Source: a bacterium (GTDB lineage: Bacteria; Patescibacteriota; Minisyncoccia; Phycocordibacterales; CAIZIN01). From it: 64,000 bases of DNA. Within the stretch, counting starts at the first letter, position 1. The number at the start of each line of letters is the position of its first letter. Location: the NCBI GenBank assembly GCA_037131675.1, contig JBAXQO010000003.1, positions 2,487 to 66,486 on the forward strand, in the 5' to 3' direction. Shown here piece after piece: positions 18,945-28,222 of this stretch. The notes under the pieces were generated by a model. It was given only the letters and a program-made list of their open reading frames with translations, was not told the DNA's origin and ran no database searches. Made by a program: the position numbers and the translations under genes.

Positions 18945-19166
18945 TTGCATTCTCAGATTGCAAGTATATAATCCAAATGGGGGATGTTTGAGAATGTTCA
19001 CCGATAAGTTTTCGCAAGGGAGTCTTATATCCTTGAGTTCTGGTTGAATACGTTTACGCGCAATTCCGATGAACTCATATGCGGACACCCACTTGGATTC
19101 TGTTCAAGGCGAACATTCTCGCACTCCCTAATAAAAACACTTCCCTTGGGAAGTGTTTTTATTTTC
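18945..19166 (+). ncRNA. Candidate small RNA (~190 nt) with its own promoter and terminator
   Basis: Promoter TTGCAT(18945-18950)-16-TATAAT(18967-18972); 5' gagaatgttcacc can pair with 3' ggcgaacattctc as a closing stem; strong terminator acacttcccttgggaagtgtttttatttt (19131-19166) lies before the next gene. Confidence 0.35.
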
Positions 19167-19223
19167 CATTTTTATATATATGTGTGATAAAATACAGAAT
19201 AGTTTTTATCAATCATTTTTTAT

Positions 19224-22200
19224 ATGAAATTTTTTCGTTTATTTTTATCAATATTGTTTCTGGTTTGTAGTTTTGTAATAAGCCAACAAAACGTTTCCGC
19301 TTCTGTTGTTCCTGGTCCTGGAATTGAGATTAAAAATCAGACGGAATTTACAAATCTTTCTTTTGAAGACAGGGTTTACAAACCAGGGGATACTGTAAAA
19401 GCCTCGTTTACTTTTGTTAATAAAGATTCTTTTGATTATAGCGATATTTCACTCAGTCCATATCTTGAGGTTTTTTCATCGACAACAAAAGCTTTCGATG
19501 TTTATGGTATCCAAAATAAAGTAGGATCATATTTTATTCCACGTTCTTCCAGTAAAGTAATTTCATTTGAGTATACAATTCCACAATCTGGAAACATAAC
19601 AAAAGATGCAAGTGTGCGTCTTGTGGCTAGTGTATTTCAGGGTACAGGAGCTTCACTTGGACCTGTGGGTAGTTCAATAAAAGTTGATGGATTAATTTCT
19701 TCTGTTAATGTTGTGAATGCTTACTTAAAAGTAAGTAATAATATATATGGTGTTCAGGAAGGTCCTGTTATTTCATCTACGACCCCGGCCCACCTAATTG
19801 TAAAGCTTCAAAATAATACTGGAGATGCTATATCCCTAAAACCAAAAATTACAATTTTCGATCTCCAGCCTTCTCGTCCAGAGGTCGGAGATAAAACGTA
19901 TAGCGTTTTAAGTCTCAAAAAAAGAGAATCCCACGATCTCGATATAGAACTCCCTCAGATAGTAAAGCCCGGCGTGTACGCCGGAGAATTACGTCTTTTT
20001 GACGAAAAAGGGATTGAACGCTCAACTCTTATAACAAGTCGATGGATTATTGATGGAGATATGGTGACTATACCTAGTGTAACCATTGATAAAACTACCC
20101 TTAAAAAAGGAGAACAAGCAAATGTGACTGTGGTCTATACGGGAGCTCCAGTAAATATAGGTACAAGAGGTGTTTATAGTGTAGGTAAGGGAGAGTTAAA
20201 AGTTACTCTTTTTGGAAATGAAAATCAGGTTGTGGCTGAAGATAAGAAAGAGGTTGATTTTGACACGTTGAACTCGAATGCTGTTTTTAATCTTGTCACC
20301 AAAGAAGATGTCTCAAAGCTCAGTGTTCTTGTAATTGCGCTAAAAGGTGAAAAAGAACTTGCTCGCTACAGTACTCTTCTTACAGACCCAGATGTCCCGG
20401 TTGTTGTGGAATCTCCTATAAAAAATATAATTGTTTTTTCGATATTTTCTCTTATTGTTTTGTTGTTGGTTTTTTTTGCATTTTTTAAAATTAAATCAAG
20501 AAAAAAACTACCAACTTTATTTCTTGTAGTTATTTTTTTTACAGCTTTGTTTGGTCTAGGTGGAAAAGAGGTTTTGGCTGCTGACAGAGCCTGTCTTAAT
20601 GGTCAGTTTTGTGCTCAAGGGTCTATGACTTCTAATCTTGTGGTTGCTCCAAGTGCGGATATTTCTTCCAACATTTGGAATGTGGCAGAAGCTCAGGTGT
20701 GTGCTAATGGAGGTGGGCAGACTACTATGGTCTATGCAATCTATGATTCAAATAATAATTTAGTTTCTACAAAGACAGCTGTTCAAAATGATGGAGCTGC
20801 AGCATCCCATGATGATTATAATTCTTGGGTTGACTCTTATAACTCTGATATGTATTGGTACTATCAATACATGTATTATGCAGACACTTGGGTTGATCCA
20901 AGTGATGATAATTCTGATCCATATGGTCAACGTCAAGGTTATATTGATTTTGCGAACCACTATCTGGATCTTGCTAACGACATGTTGTCTTTGATGAATA
21001 ATTATAATCAATGGAGGACATTTACGGGATTTTATCCGAATACTGCAAATAGTATCCCTGTCCATATTATAGCTCCAACAACACCCGGTACATACAGGCT
21101 CGTGACTTCTGTTTCGCTCTTTGCAAATTATCGTGACGCGTGGAGAGCTGCTGGTGATGAGACAAATGGGGGACCAAAAACTCAAGGACCAATATCGTTT
21201 CAGTATAATTTTACTGTAGCCCTTCCTCCCTCCGCTCCCACAATCACCTCAACTGGAGGTCCTCTGTCTTGCGGAGTAAATTCATACACTTTTAATTGGG
21301 GAGCCGTATCGGGAGCAGTCTATTATGGAGCTCATATACTAGATGATACTGTCAGAACTGCAGGAGCTGCAGACTGTACATATGGAACTGATATCTGTGT
21401 AGGAGACTCAAGTATTGGGACTTCATATTCCGTACTTTCTACATCACAAACTCCTTCTTGTGGGATTCTTGCTGTTGGTTCATCTCTCACACCAGGACAA
21501 TCCATTACGTCTTGCGACGGAAGATTTAAATTTATATTACAAACAGATGGAAATGCGGTAATCTATCCTACAAATTCTAGTACGGCCTTATGGAGTTCAG
21601 GAACTAATGGTAAAGCTTCTGCAAAAATAATTATGCAAGGAGATGGAAATCTTGTAATTTACAATTCATCAGGAGGATTTATTTGGGGTTCAATTAACAG
21701 TACTGGTGGTCACGGGGGAACACCAACTGGTTTAAATATGCAAGCAGATGGAAATCTTGTCATATATGCAACAAATGGGGGTGTGTTGTGGAATTCAGGA
21801 ACAGGAGGTCATAGTGTTGTTACTTTGCAACCAGGACATTCATACGAAGCCAGGGCGTATGCATATAATTCAATCGGTTGGAGTGGTGGATCAAACACTA
21901 TTAAATTTAGCGTGCCAAGTTTGTCGCAATGTACTCAGTCATGTACTCGTAGTGACGGTGTTGTTGTTCTTAATAATGGAACAACCACCCTTTATGCTAC
22001 ACCTCAAACTAATTGTATCGATGGGGTGAAGGCTGTGGCTACATGTAATAATGGAGTATTTCTTATTAATGGTACCACAACGGATTATCAAGCAAGTTGT
22101 AGTTGTGTTTCAAACTATATATGTCAAGGTTCAACATTGGTAGACACTAATCATTGTGGACAATCGAGGACAGCTGGTGTGGATCAACAATGTAGTACAG

Positions 22201-22517
22201 GTTCTAGAGGGGTTGATATTTATGGGAATTGGGAGTTTATGAAAATAAATTCTTTCTTGAGTAATCCTAGCTACATTGCAAAAAATAACTCATGTACCCT
22301 CAAGTATAATATCTCAAATGGGTCATCAACATGCTCCATTTCCGGATATGGTTCAAATTTTCCTCGTATAATTAATCTAATAAACGGTTCAGCGATTGGA
22401 TCAGTCACAACCATGCCACTTGCATCAAGTACAACATATAGACTTAGTTGTGGTTATGGAACTGTAAACATAGTAAAGGATGCTGTATGTAGAGTATTGA
22501 GTGTTGCTGAATATTAA
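19224..22517 (+). CDS. Large surface protein: signal peptide, N-terminal beta-rich domain, helical-hairpin membrane anchor, and a C-terminal Cys-rich region with three bulb-type (B-lectin) mannose-binding lectin repeats
   Basis: Signal peptide MKFFRLFLSILFLVCSFVISQQNVSA; two TM segments around aa 395-445; QTDGNAVIY, QGDGNLVIY and QADGNLVIY are the QxDxNxVxY lectin motifs. Confidence 0.6.
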   Translation: MKFFRLFLSILFLVCSFVISQQNVSASVVPGPGIEIKNQTEFTNLSFEDRVYKPGDTVKASFTFVNKDSFDYSDISLSPYLEVFSSTTKAFDVYGIQNKVGSYFIPRSSSKVISFEYTIPQSGNITKDASVRLVASVFQGTGASLGPVGSSIKVDGLISSVNVVNAYLKVSNNIYGVQEGPVISSTTPAHLIVKLQNNTGDAISLKPKITIFDLQPSRPEVGDKTYSVLSLKKRESHDLDIELPQIVKPGVYAGELRLFDEKGIERSTLITSRWIIDGDMVTIPSVTIDKTTLKKGEQANVTVVYTGAPVNIGTRGVYSVGKGELKVTLFGNENQVVAEDKKEVDFDTLNSNAVFNLVTKEDVSKLSVLVIALKGEKELARYSTLLTDPDVPVVVESPIKNIIVFSIFSLIVLLLVFFAFFKIKSRKKLPTLFLVVIFFTALFGLGGKEVLAADRACLNGQFCAQGSMTSNLVVAPSADISSNIWNVAEAQVCANGGGQTTMVYAIYDSNNNLVSTKTAVQNDGAAASHDDYNSWVDSYNSDMYWYYQYMYYADTWVDPSDDNSDPYGQRQGYIDFANHYLDLANDMLSLMNNYNQWRTFTGFYPNTANSIPVHIIAPTTPGTYRLVTSVSLFANYRDAWRAAGDETNGGPKTQGPISFQYNFTVALPPSAPTITSTGGPLSCGVNSYTFNWGAVSGAVYYGAHILDDTVRTAGAADCTYGTDICVGDSSIGTSYSVLSTSQTPSCGILAVGSSLTPGQSITSCDGRFKFILQTDGNAVIYPTNSSTALWSSGTNGKASAKIIMQGDGNLVIYNSSGGFIWGSINSTGGHGGTPTGLNMQADGNLVIYATNGGVLWNSGTGGHSVVTLQPGHSYEARAYAYNSIGWSGGSNTIKFSVPSLSQCTQSCTRSDGVVVLNNGTTTLYATPQTNCIDGVKAVATCNNGVFLINGTTTDYQASCSCVSNYICQGSTLVDTNHCGQSRTAGVDQQCSTGSRGVDIYGNWEFMKINSFLSNPSYIAKNNSCTLKYNISNGSSTCSISGYGSNFPRIINLINGSAIGSVTTMPLASSTTYRLSCGYGTVNIVKDAVCRVLSVAEY

Positions 22518-22579
22518 AATTTCTTTACAAAAAACATCTTTAAAACTAGATGTTTTTTGTATGTAAGCAAGAAAAAACA

Positions 22580-22588
22580 TGATACAAT
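22580..22588 (+). promoter_or_regulatory. Extended -10 element TGATACAAT upstream of the beta-CASP gene
   Basis: tgatacaat; the same 9-mer recurs at 50478-50486 and 58647-58655. Confidence 0.45.
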
Positions 22589-22614
22589 TATTTTGTTCAT
22601 AATTTAAATATTCA

Positions 22615-23979
22615 ATGGCAGAAGTAAAACTTCATTTTTGTGGTGGTGTCGGCACGGTAACAGGTGCTAACTTTTTATTGGAGACAGGAAAGTTGAAAAT
22701 TGTTGTGGATTGCGGGTTAGTTCAGGGGACCAAACTTGATAATGAACAAAATCGAAAAGCCTTTCCGTACGATCCAAAAGATGTAGATATTCTTTTTATC
22801 ACACATGCGCACATGGACCACATAGGTCGTGTTCCAAAGCTGGTGCATGATGGTTTTAACGGTGTAATATATTCCACTCCAGAAACAAAAGCTCTTGCTG
22901 AAGTTATGTTGGCAGATGCTCTAAGTCTTCTCACGAGAGAAGCTCAAAAAGAGGGGCTTGAACCTTTTTATAATGAGCAAGATGTAAAGCAGGCATTAGA
23001 TATGTGGCACATGATTCAATATCACACAATAACTCCAATCGGGGATTCTATTCAGGTATATTTGCGCGACCCGGGGCATATTTTAGGATCTTCCATGGTT
23101 GAATTTAGGCGTAATGCAAAACGGTTGGTGTTTACCGGAGATTTAGGCAATACGCCAACTCCACTTTTGCGAGATACTGAACCACTTGAAAATACGACAT
23201 ATCTAGTTACTGAAAGTGTGTATGGAGATAGAAATCATGAAAATAGGGAAGACCGCAGAGCCAAGCTTGCAGAGGCAATAAACAAAAGTTTAGCACAAGG
23301 TGGAACGCTCCTTATTCCTTCCTTTTCTTTAGAAAAAACTCAAGTACTTCTTCATGAACTTAATGATTTATTGCTTGAACAGAAAATTCGCAAAGTTCCT
23401 ATTTATTTAGATTCTCCTCTGGCGATTAAAGTCACAGAAATCTACCGCGCCATGACACAAAGTTTCAATAATGATGCAAAGTTAGAAATCAGTGGGGGTG
23501 ATGATATTTTCAATTTTCCAGAATTACACAATGTAGATGGTGGTGAAGAATCACAAACTCTTGATCGAACTTCAGGGCCAAAAATAATAATTGCTGGCAG
23601 TGGAATGTCTAATGGGGGACGCATTGTAAAGCATGAAAAGATATACTTACCTGATCCTAATAGCACAGTTTTATTTATTGGATATCAATCTGTGGGAACA
23701 TTGGGACGAGCAATAACAGAAGGTGCAAAATATGTACAAATCGGTGGCGAGACGGTACCTGTTAGGGCGCACATCGCTGTTGTTTCAGGATATTCTTCAC
23801 ATAAAGACTCAGATCATATTGTAGAATTCGTGGAGACTTCTGCAAAAACTTTGAAAAAAGTTTTTGTGGTAATGGGTGAACCCAAAGCTTCACTTTTCCT
23901 TGTTCAAAAACTTAAAGACCTTGCTGGTGTAGATGCATATCACCCAGAGCAAGACGAGGTAGTTACGTTGGATATGTAG
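22615..23979 (+). CDS. MBL-fold beta-CASP family ribonuclease (RNase J/CPSF-like)
   Basis: HAHMDHIGRVP metallo-beta-lactamase motif; ~450 aa with beta-CASP-like C-terminal region. Confidence 0.7.
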   Translation: MAEVKLHFCGGVGTVTGANFLLETGKLKIVVDCGLVQGTKLDNEQNRKAFPYDPKDVDILFITHAHMDHIGRVPKLVHDGFNGVIYSTPETKALAEVMLADALSLLTREAQKEGLEPFYNEQDVKQALDMWHMIQYHTITPIGDSIQVYLRDPGHILGSSMVEFRRNAKRLVFTGDLGNTPTPLLRDTEPLENTTYLVTESVYGDRNHENREDRRAKLAEAINKSLAQGGTLLIPSFSLEKTQVLLHELNDLLLEQKIRKVPIYLDSPLAIKVTEIYRAMTQSFNNDAKLEISGGDDIFNFPELHNVDGGEESQTLDRTSGPKIIIAGSGMSNGGRIVKHEKIYLPDPNSTVLFIGYQSVGTLGRAITEGAKYVQIGGETVPVRAHIAVVSGYSSHKDSDHIVEFVETSAKTLKKVFVVMGEPKASLFLVQKLKDLAGVDAYHPEQDEVVTLDM

Positions 23980-24006
23980 GTGTGTGATATAATACATTTT
24001 TAATAT

Positions 24007-24624
24007 ATGTCTCTACACGATATAAAAATTTGTGTTTCTGGTGCAGCTGAAACTTCCCATTGTGGAAAAGAAGCATATGAACGTGCAAAGGAGATTGGAA
24101 GGGAAATTGCAAGACAGGGTGCAACTATTATGTCTGGTGCGACAACAGGTTTCCCATACTGGTCTTCCATCGGAGCAAAAGAAGCTAATGGTTTTTCCAT
24201 TGGGCTTTCTCCTGCTTCAAATGAAGATGAACATATTCATGCATACCGTCTTCCTACAGAAAATATGGATTTAATTATTTATACGGGTTTTGGTTTCTCA
24301 GGAAGAAACTTAATGCTCACTCGCTCTTCTGATGCTGTAATAGTGGGGTGTGGAAGGATTGGGACTATCAATGAATTTACAATTGCATTTGAAGATAATA
24401 AACCAATTGGTATTTTAGAAGGACCTTGGATGGCGGATGATATTATTCGCATGATTATTGAAAATAGCAATCGACCACATTCGCATGTTGTTTTTGATAA
24501 AGATCCAAAAAAACTCATAGAAAAAGTTATACAAATGGTTATGCTGAGAAAGAAAGGAGTATATCAGGCATATAAAAACTATGATGGGGTAGAGGGTGAT
24601 AGTGCGAAAAGTTCTATCTTATAG
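24007..24624 (+). CDS. LOG/TIGR00725-like (SLOG) Rossmann-fold protein
   Basis: ICVSGAAE...IMSGATTGFPYWSSIGA and VIVGCGRIGTINEF resemble LOG-family GGxGxxG / GGxGTxxE motifs. Confidence 0.45.
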   Translation: MSLHDIKICVSGAAETSHCGKEAYERAKEIGREIARQGATIMSGATTGFPYWSSIGAKEANGFSIGLSPASNEDEHIHAYRLPTENMDLIIYTGFGFSGRNLMLTRSSDAVIVGCGRIGTINEFTIAFEDNKPIGILEGPWMADDIIRMIIENSNRPHSHVVFDKDPKKLIEKVIQMVMLRKKGVYQAYKNYDGVEGDSAKSSIL

Positions 24625-24635
24625 ACTGACTTATA

Positions 24636-24678
24636 TAAAAAGAGTCGCGTCCTTCGGACGCGACTCTTTTTATATAAT
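24636..24678. terminator. Bidirectional GC-rich hairpin terminator between convergent genes
   Basis: aaaaagagtcgcgtccttcggacgcgactcttttt. Confidence 0.75.
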
Positions 24679-24684
24679 ATAAGA

Positions 24685-25032
24685 TTATGCTGTTGCGAGT
24701 TCTGTAATTCTCTGGAAAGTTTCAGGATGAGTTGCTGCAAGTTCCGCAAGCATTTTTCGATTCACATCAATATTCTTTTTCTTGAGGTTGCCGATAAATT
24801 TACTGTATGAAATTCCTTTTACATCAAGTGCTGCATTGATCTTTACATTCCATACTCGTCGAGCTTCACCTTTCTTGTCTCGTCGGTGTGCAAATGCATA
24901 AGTACCAGCATGTGCAATAGCTTCATATGCTTGCTTTTCTTTAGTGCTGCGTCCAAAACGGTAACCTTTTACCTGTTTTAGGATATTTCGTCGTGTTTTA
25001 AGTGCGTTAACACCTTTCTTTACTCGTGCCAT
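24685..25032 (-). CDS. rplT: 50S ribosomal protein L20
   Basis: MARVKKGVNALKTRRNILKQVKGYRFGRS... canonical L20. Confidence 0.95.
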   Translation of the reverse strand: MARVKKGVNALKTRRNILKQVKGYRFGRSTKEKQAYEAIAHAGTYAFAHRRDKKGEARRVWNVKINAALDVKGISYSKFIGNLKKKNIDVNRKMLAELAATHPETFQRITELATA

Positions 25033-25038
25033 GGTTGT

Positions 25039-25230
25039 TTATTTAGAAGGAAGATATCGGCTTTTTGCCTTGTTTGTAAAAAAGTTAGCATAACTAGTAG
25101 CGCGCTTTTTTGAGAGCTGGCTACCTCGGCTTTCTTTTGCATTAAAGTGGTTTTGTCCGGCTTTTCGTCCTACGATTTTGCCGTTCTTTGTCACTTTAAG
25201 TCTTTTTGTGATTGATTTGTTGGTTTTCAT
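25039..25230 (-). CDS. rpmI: 50S ribosomal protein L35
   Basis: 63 aa, MKTNKSITKRLKVTKNGKI... Confidence 0.9.
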   Translation of the reverse strand: MKTNKSITKRLKVTKNGKIVGRKAGQNHFNAKESRGSQLSKKRATSYANFFTNKAKSRYLPSK

Positions 25231-25287
25231 ATTCTTTCCAAAAACGTCCCTCTATATTACTGATTTTTTTGATTTTGTCTAGTTTTC

Positions 25288-25803
25288 TTACTTTTTCTTT
25301 TCAATTAGGGTTGTCCAGCCTTTAGGACTCTTTTTAGGTTCTTCGGCAATTTTGAATTCTACCGTGATAAGTGAAAGCACTTTTTGTAATCTTTCCTTTA
25401 AAAAGTCAGGATTTAGGTACTTTGAGCGGCCTGGGAGAAATAGGTTTATTTGTATTCTGTGTCCCTCTGCTAGCCATTCTGAAGCTTTTTTTGCTTTAAG
25501 TTGAAGGTCGTTGTCCCCAGTACCAATGCGCACCTGTAGGGTCTTCACTTCAATCACGTGTGTACGAGTTTTTGCGACTTTAGCCTTCTTATTTTCGAGA
25601 TATTGAAACTTTCCGTAATCCATTATCTTGGCTACTGGAGGAACTGCGTTTGGAGAAATTTCAATTAAGTCTGATTCTAGTTCCGCAGCTTTTTCAAGAG
25701 CTTCTCGGAAGGAGAGGACTCCGTAATTATTTCCTTCGCTATCAATAACGCGCAATTCTTTTGCTCGTATTTGATGATTAATTCTGTATGTTGGTGCTGC
25801 CAC
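25288..25803 (-). CDS. infC: Translation initiation factor IF-3
   Basis: INHQIRAKELRVIDSEGNNYGV...; conserved infC-rpmI-rplT operon order. Confidence 0.9.
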   Translation of the reverse strand: MAAPTYRINHQIRAKELRVIDSEGNNYGVLSFREALEKAAELESDLIEISPNAVPPVAKIMDYGKFQYLENKKAKVAKTRTHVIEVKTLQVRIGTGDNDLQLKAKKASEWLAEGHRIQINLFLPGRSKYLNPDFLKERLQKVLSLITVEFKIAEEPKKSPKGWTTLIEKKK

Positions 25804-25936
25804 GCGTGTAAATATAAAGTGATTATTTATTAATGTACATTTGAATATAACACAAAAAATGGAATTTTACAATGTAAAAGAAAAAGCCAGAACCTACCAC
25901 GACGTGGTTGGTTCTGGCTTAGAAGTTGAAGTTGCG

Positions 25937-26389
25937 TCAAGAAATTGCCGAGGCGATTTCCATCTGACTCATATTTTCAATGACAACTACTCCGTTTTGG
26001 TAGAGAACACGGAATCCCTCTGTTGGGGATTCGATAGCATGAAACATCCTCGAGCTTCCATTCATGGCATGGAATTGGCGTTTCCTGCCATCAATATCTC
26101 CCATGTATGATTGGTCGACTAGGCCGGGGCAAAAATTTCCTTTCCTTACCTCGTTACATATGAGGGCTTGGATTAAAACTCCTGTGGTATGAACATCCTT
26201 CGGTGTTTCCGCAGTCAGCAGTCCTTTTTTAAAAGTTGCACGGAATACGCGTCCGTCTTTTGTTGAGGGAGGGTTCTTGGGGTCAAATTTGACCTTTGAA
26301 GTGCCAAGGTCAATAAATTTAACCCCGTCAGCTTCCACGTAGGAAACTCCAAGTGTGACTTCGCCACCATTAACTTCGCTAAGTTGCAT
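25937..26389 (-). CDS. dUTPase/dCTP deaminase superfamily protein (dut-like)
   Basis: 150 aa; NFCPGLVDQSYMGDIDG resembles dUTPase motif III G-x-I-D-x-D-Y-R-G; no clear motif V. Confidence 0.4.
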   Translation of the reverse strand: MQLSEVNGGEVTLGVSYVEADGVKFIDLGTSKVKFDPKNPPSTKDGRVFRATFKKGLLTAETPKDVHTTGVLIQALICNEVRKGNFCPGLVDQSYMGDIDGRKRQFHAMNGSSRMFHAIESPTEGFRVLYQNGVVVIENMSQMEIASAIS

Positions 26390-26527
26390 AATGAACTAAT
26401 TTTCTCAAACAAGTATTGTTGTTATTTCCGATTAACATTTATTGTCTTTCGGTGTTTGAGTTCAGCGGTCAATTATACAACTTTGCAAAAATAAGTCAAG
26501 AAAATGAAGATGATATGAAGATTCTTC

Positions 26528-26806
26528 CTAAACTATTTTTATTAAAGTTTGCTCAATCACTTTTGGATTTTTTGTGTATATATAAAGTTCTTGTACAGTT
26601 CCGCTTCCACGAACAATTGCTTTTAATCCGCCAGTAATTGGAAGGAATTTAATTCCGCGCTTTCCTCCTTTACTTGTGGTAGTTTTGATTATTCCAATAC
26701 TGATTTTGCTTACTTCTGGTATGTGGTGGGCCGTTTCAACAACCTCTCGGGCTAAGTCGGTAAGAGTCGTGTGGCTCGCTGTTATTTTTTTATTTACTTT
26801 GGGCAT
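26528..26806 (-). CDS. Small basic protein, possibly an HU/IHF-like DNA-binding protein
   Basis: 92 aa; helical N-terminus then a KGGKRG...PITG segment reminiscent of the HU beta-arm; weak. Confidence 0.3.
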   Translation of the reverse strand: MPKVNKKITASHTTLTDLAREVVETAHHIPEVSKISIGIIKTTTSKGGKRGIKFLPITGGLKAIVRGSGTVQELYIYTKNPKVIEQTLIKIV

Positions 26807-26939
26807 GGGTGTTTAGTATATAACTCATCATGCAATAAATATACAAAAAAATAAACCCAAAAAGATATCCACCTTTAAAGGTTTTGCATATTATTTAATA
26901 GGAGTACAATTTAATGTAGATTTTTTGAGAAGAGTTTCT

Positions 26940-27420
26940 CTTTTGTGGGAAACAATTCAATTGTTTCAATTTAAGTCAACGCCGATTCGCTACCGGCAGG
27001 ACCAGGGCGCACGATGCAATCGTGCGCCCTAATTACTTTATACAAAAACATGAGGCCGGTTCCCTTGGTGGGAACCGGCCAGATTTAGAATCGCCTAAAT
27101 TGTTTTTCAAAAGGACGGTGTAACATTGGCGGCTCTTTTTTGCTTGCAAGCTCTTTTTTTGGTTTTTGCCAAACATAGGGCGCCAAAAGGAAACTTTACT
27201 GAGCAAAATGTCTTAGCCTCCCGTCTACTCTTTACGATCGAAAGAACAATTCAAATGATTGTTGACCTTTGATGTCGGTATACTTTTGAGTCGCAGCGAC
27301 AACCTCTTGCTCCTTCAAGGCGGCATCACCAAAAGCGGTTTAATAGGCACCGCTCGCAGGGTTAGTTAACCACCTTTTAGCCCGAGCGATTTGTATCAAC
27401 TCTCTAAATCTAAACTAAGT
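26940..27420. other. GC-rich, hairpin-dense non-coding region between divergent genes (candidate structured RNA, identity unresolved)
   Basis: No ORF of 60 aa or more in ~700 bp; perfect palindromes agggcgcacgatgcaatcgtgcgccct (26993-27022) and ggccggttcccttggtgggaaccggcc (27062-27092); GC well above local background. Confidence 0.3.
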
Positions 27421-27513
27421 CTACATTAAAATATTATATATGTTAAAGGGTTGGGCTCTGTTGTAATGTGTTGAATTGCACTACATAAACCAAAGGTGTA
27501 GACTGCTTTTAGT

Positions 27514-28005
27514 ATGAAAAAGTTGCAAGGCACTATAGTTTTCGTGGTCAAAGATGGCAAAGTTCTTTTGGCTAGAAAGAAACTTGTGCTTGGTATTGGA
27601 AAATGGAATGGGTATGGTGGAAAGCTCAACGTTGGGGTAGATAAAGATTTTCTCGATTGTGCAGTAAGAGAGTTTAGTGAAGAGTCTGGGAGAGCAGCCA
27701 TAAAGAGGGAAGACCTGGAGCAAGTAGCTCTAATCACTTTTCACAACGGAGATAAATTTGAATTCACTTGCTATATTTACATTGCTTCAGATTTGCAAGG
27801 GTTTCCAAGTGAGACGGATGAAATGGGCGAACCTTCATGGTTTCCTGTGGGTGCAATTCCTCCGAAAGAAGAATTTATGGAGTCGGATTATTTTTGGGTT
27901 CCGAGAATCTTCAAAGGAGAAAAACTCTCAGGTGATATTTGGTACGACGGAGAATTCCATTTGACCGAGCGCGGAGTTGAATTGAAAATAGTCGATCACT
28001 TTTAG
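27514..28005 (+). CDS. NUDIX hydrolase (MutT-like)
   Basis: NUDIX box GGKLNVGVDKDFLDCAVREFSEESG. Confidence 0.8.
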   Translation: MKKLQGTIVFVVKDGKVLLARKKLVLGIGKWNGYGGKLNVGVDKDFLDCAVREFSEESGRAAIKREDLEQVALITFHNGDKFEFTCYIYIASDLQGFPSETDEMGEPSWFPVGAIPPKEEFMESDYFWVPRIFKGEKLSGDIWYDGEFHLTERGVELKIVDHF

Positions 28006-28127
28006 TGGTCGGCTTTTATTTTATGGAGATATCGAGAATCGGTCACGAGTCAGATTTTTGTCGTCACAAAAATCTGCTCTCGACCCCGACTCGCACTTTT
28101 TTCTGCTGAAAAAAGTATGCTCCGTCT

Positions 28128-28173
28128 TTCGATTCCGCACGTAGGCAAAACTCTTTGCCTACTGCATCTCCAC
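28128..28173 (+). repeat. Inverted partial copy of the ssrA 3' end (T-loop plus acceptor), split by a 24-nt hairpin; candidate island boundary or recombination site
   Basis: ttcgattccgc[a cgtaggcaaaactctttgcctac t]gcatctccact; without the bracketed hairpin it equals the reverse complement of 33455-33476 (ttcgattccgcgcatctccact). Confidence 0.5.
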
Positions 28174-28187
28174 TTGAATTTTGTACA

Positions 28188-28222
28188 GAAAAAACACCAG
28201 AAAGGTTCTGGTGTTTTTTCAA
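28188..28222 (+). terminator. Rho-independent terminator
   Basis: aaaaacaccagaaaggttctggtgtttttt. Confidence 0.65.

Noticed and set aside
20760-21185. Minus-strand 141-aa ORF (and 20788-20994, 21748-22029 plus-strand ORFs) inside the lectin-protein gene
   Set aside because: These are antisense or alternative frames within a long, well-supported ORF. The Ile-rich composition comes from the AT-rich antisense strand.
25841-26110. Plus-strand 89-aa ORF between infC and the dut-like gene
   Set aside because: It overlaps the 5' end of the minus-strand dut-like gene and the infC upstream region, and it has no RBS or homolog-like features.
26940-27420. Calling this region RNase P RNA (rnpB) as a feature
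   Set aside because: Its size and terminator placement fit rnpB. However I could not locate the universally conserved P4 strands (GGAAAGUCCGGGCU / ACAGAAxCCGGCUUA) or the GGUAACGCC element with confidence on either strand. I left it as an unidentified structured region.
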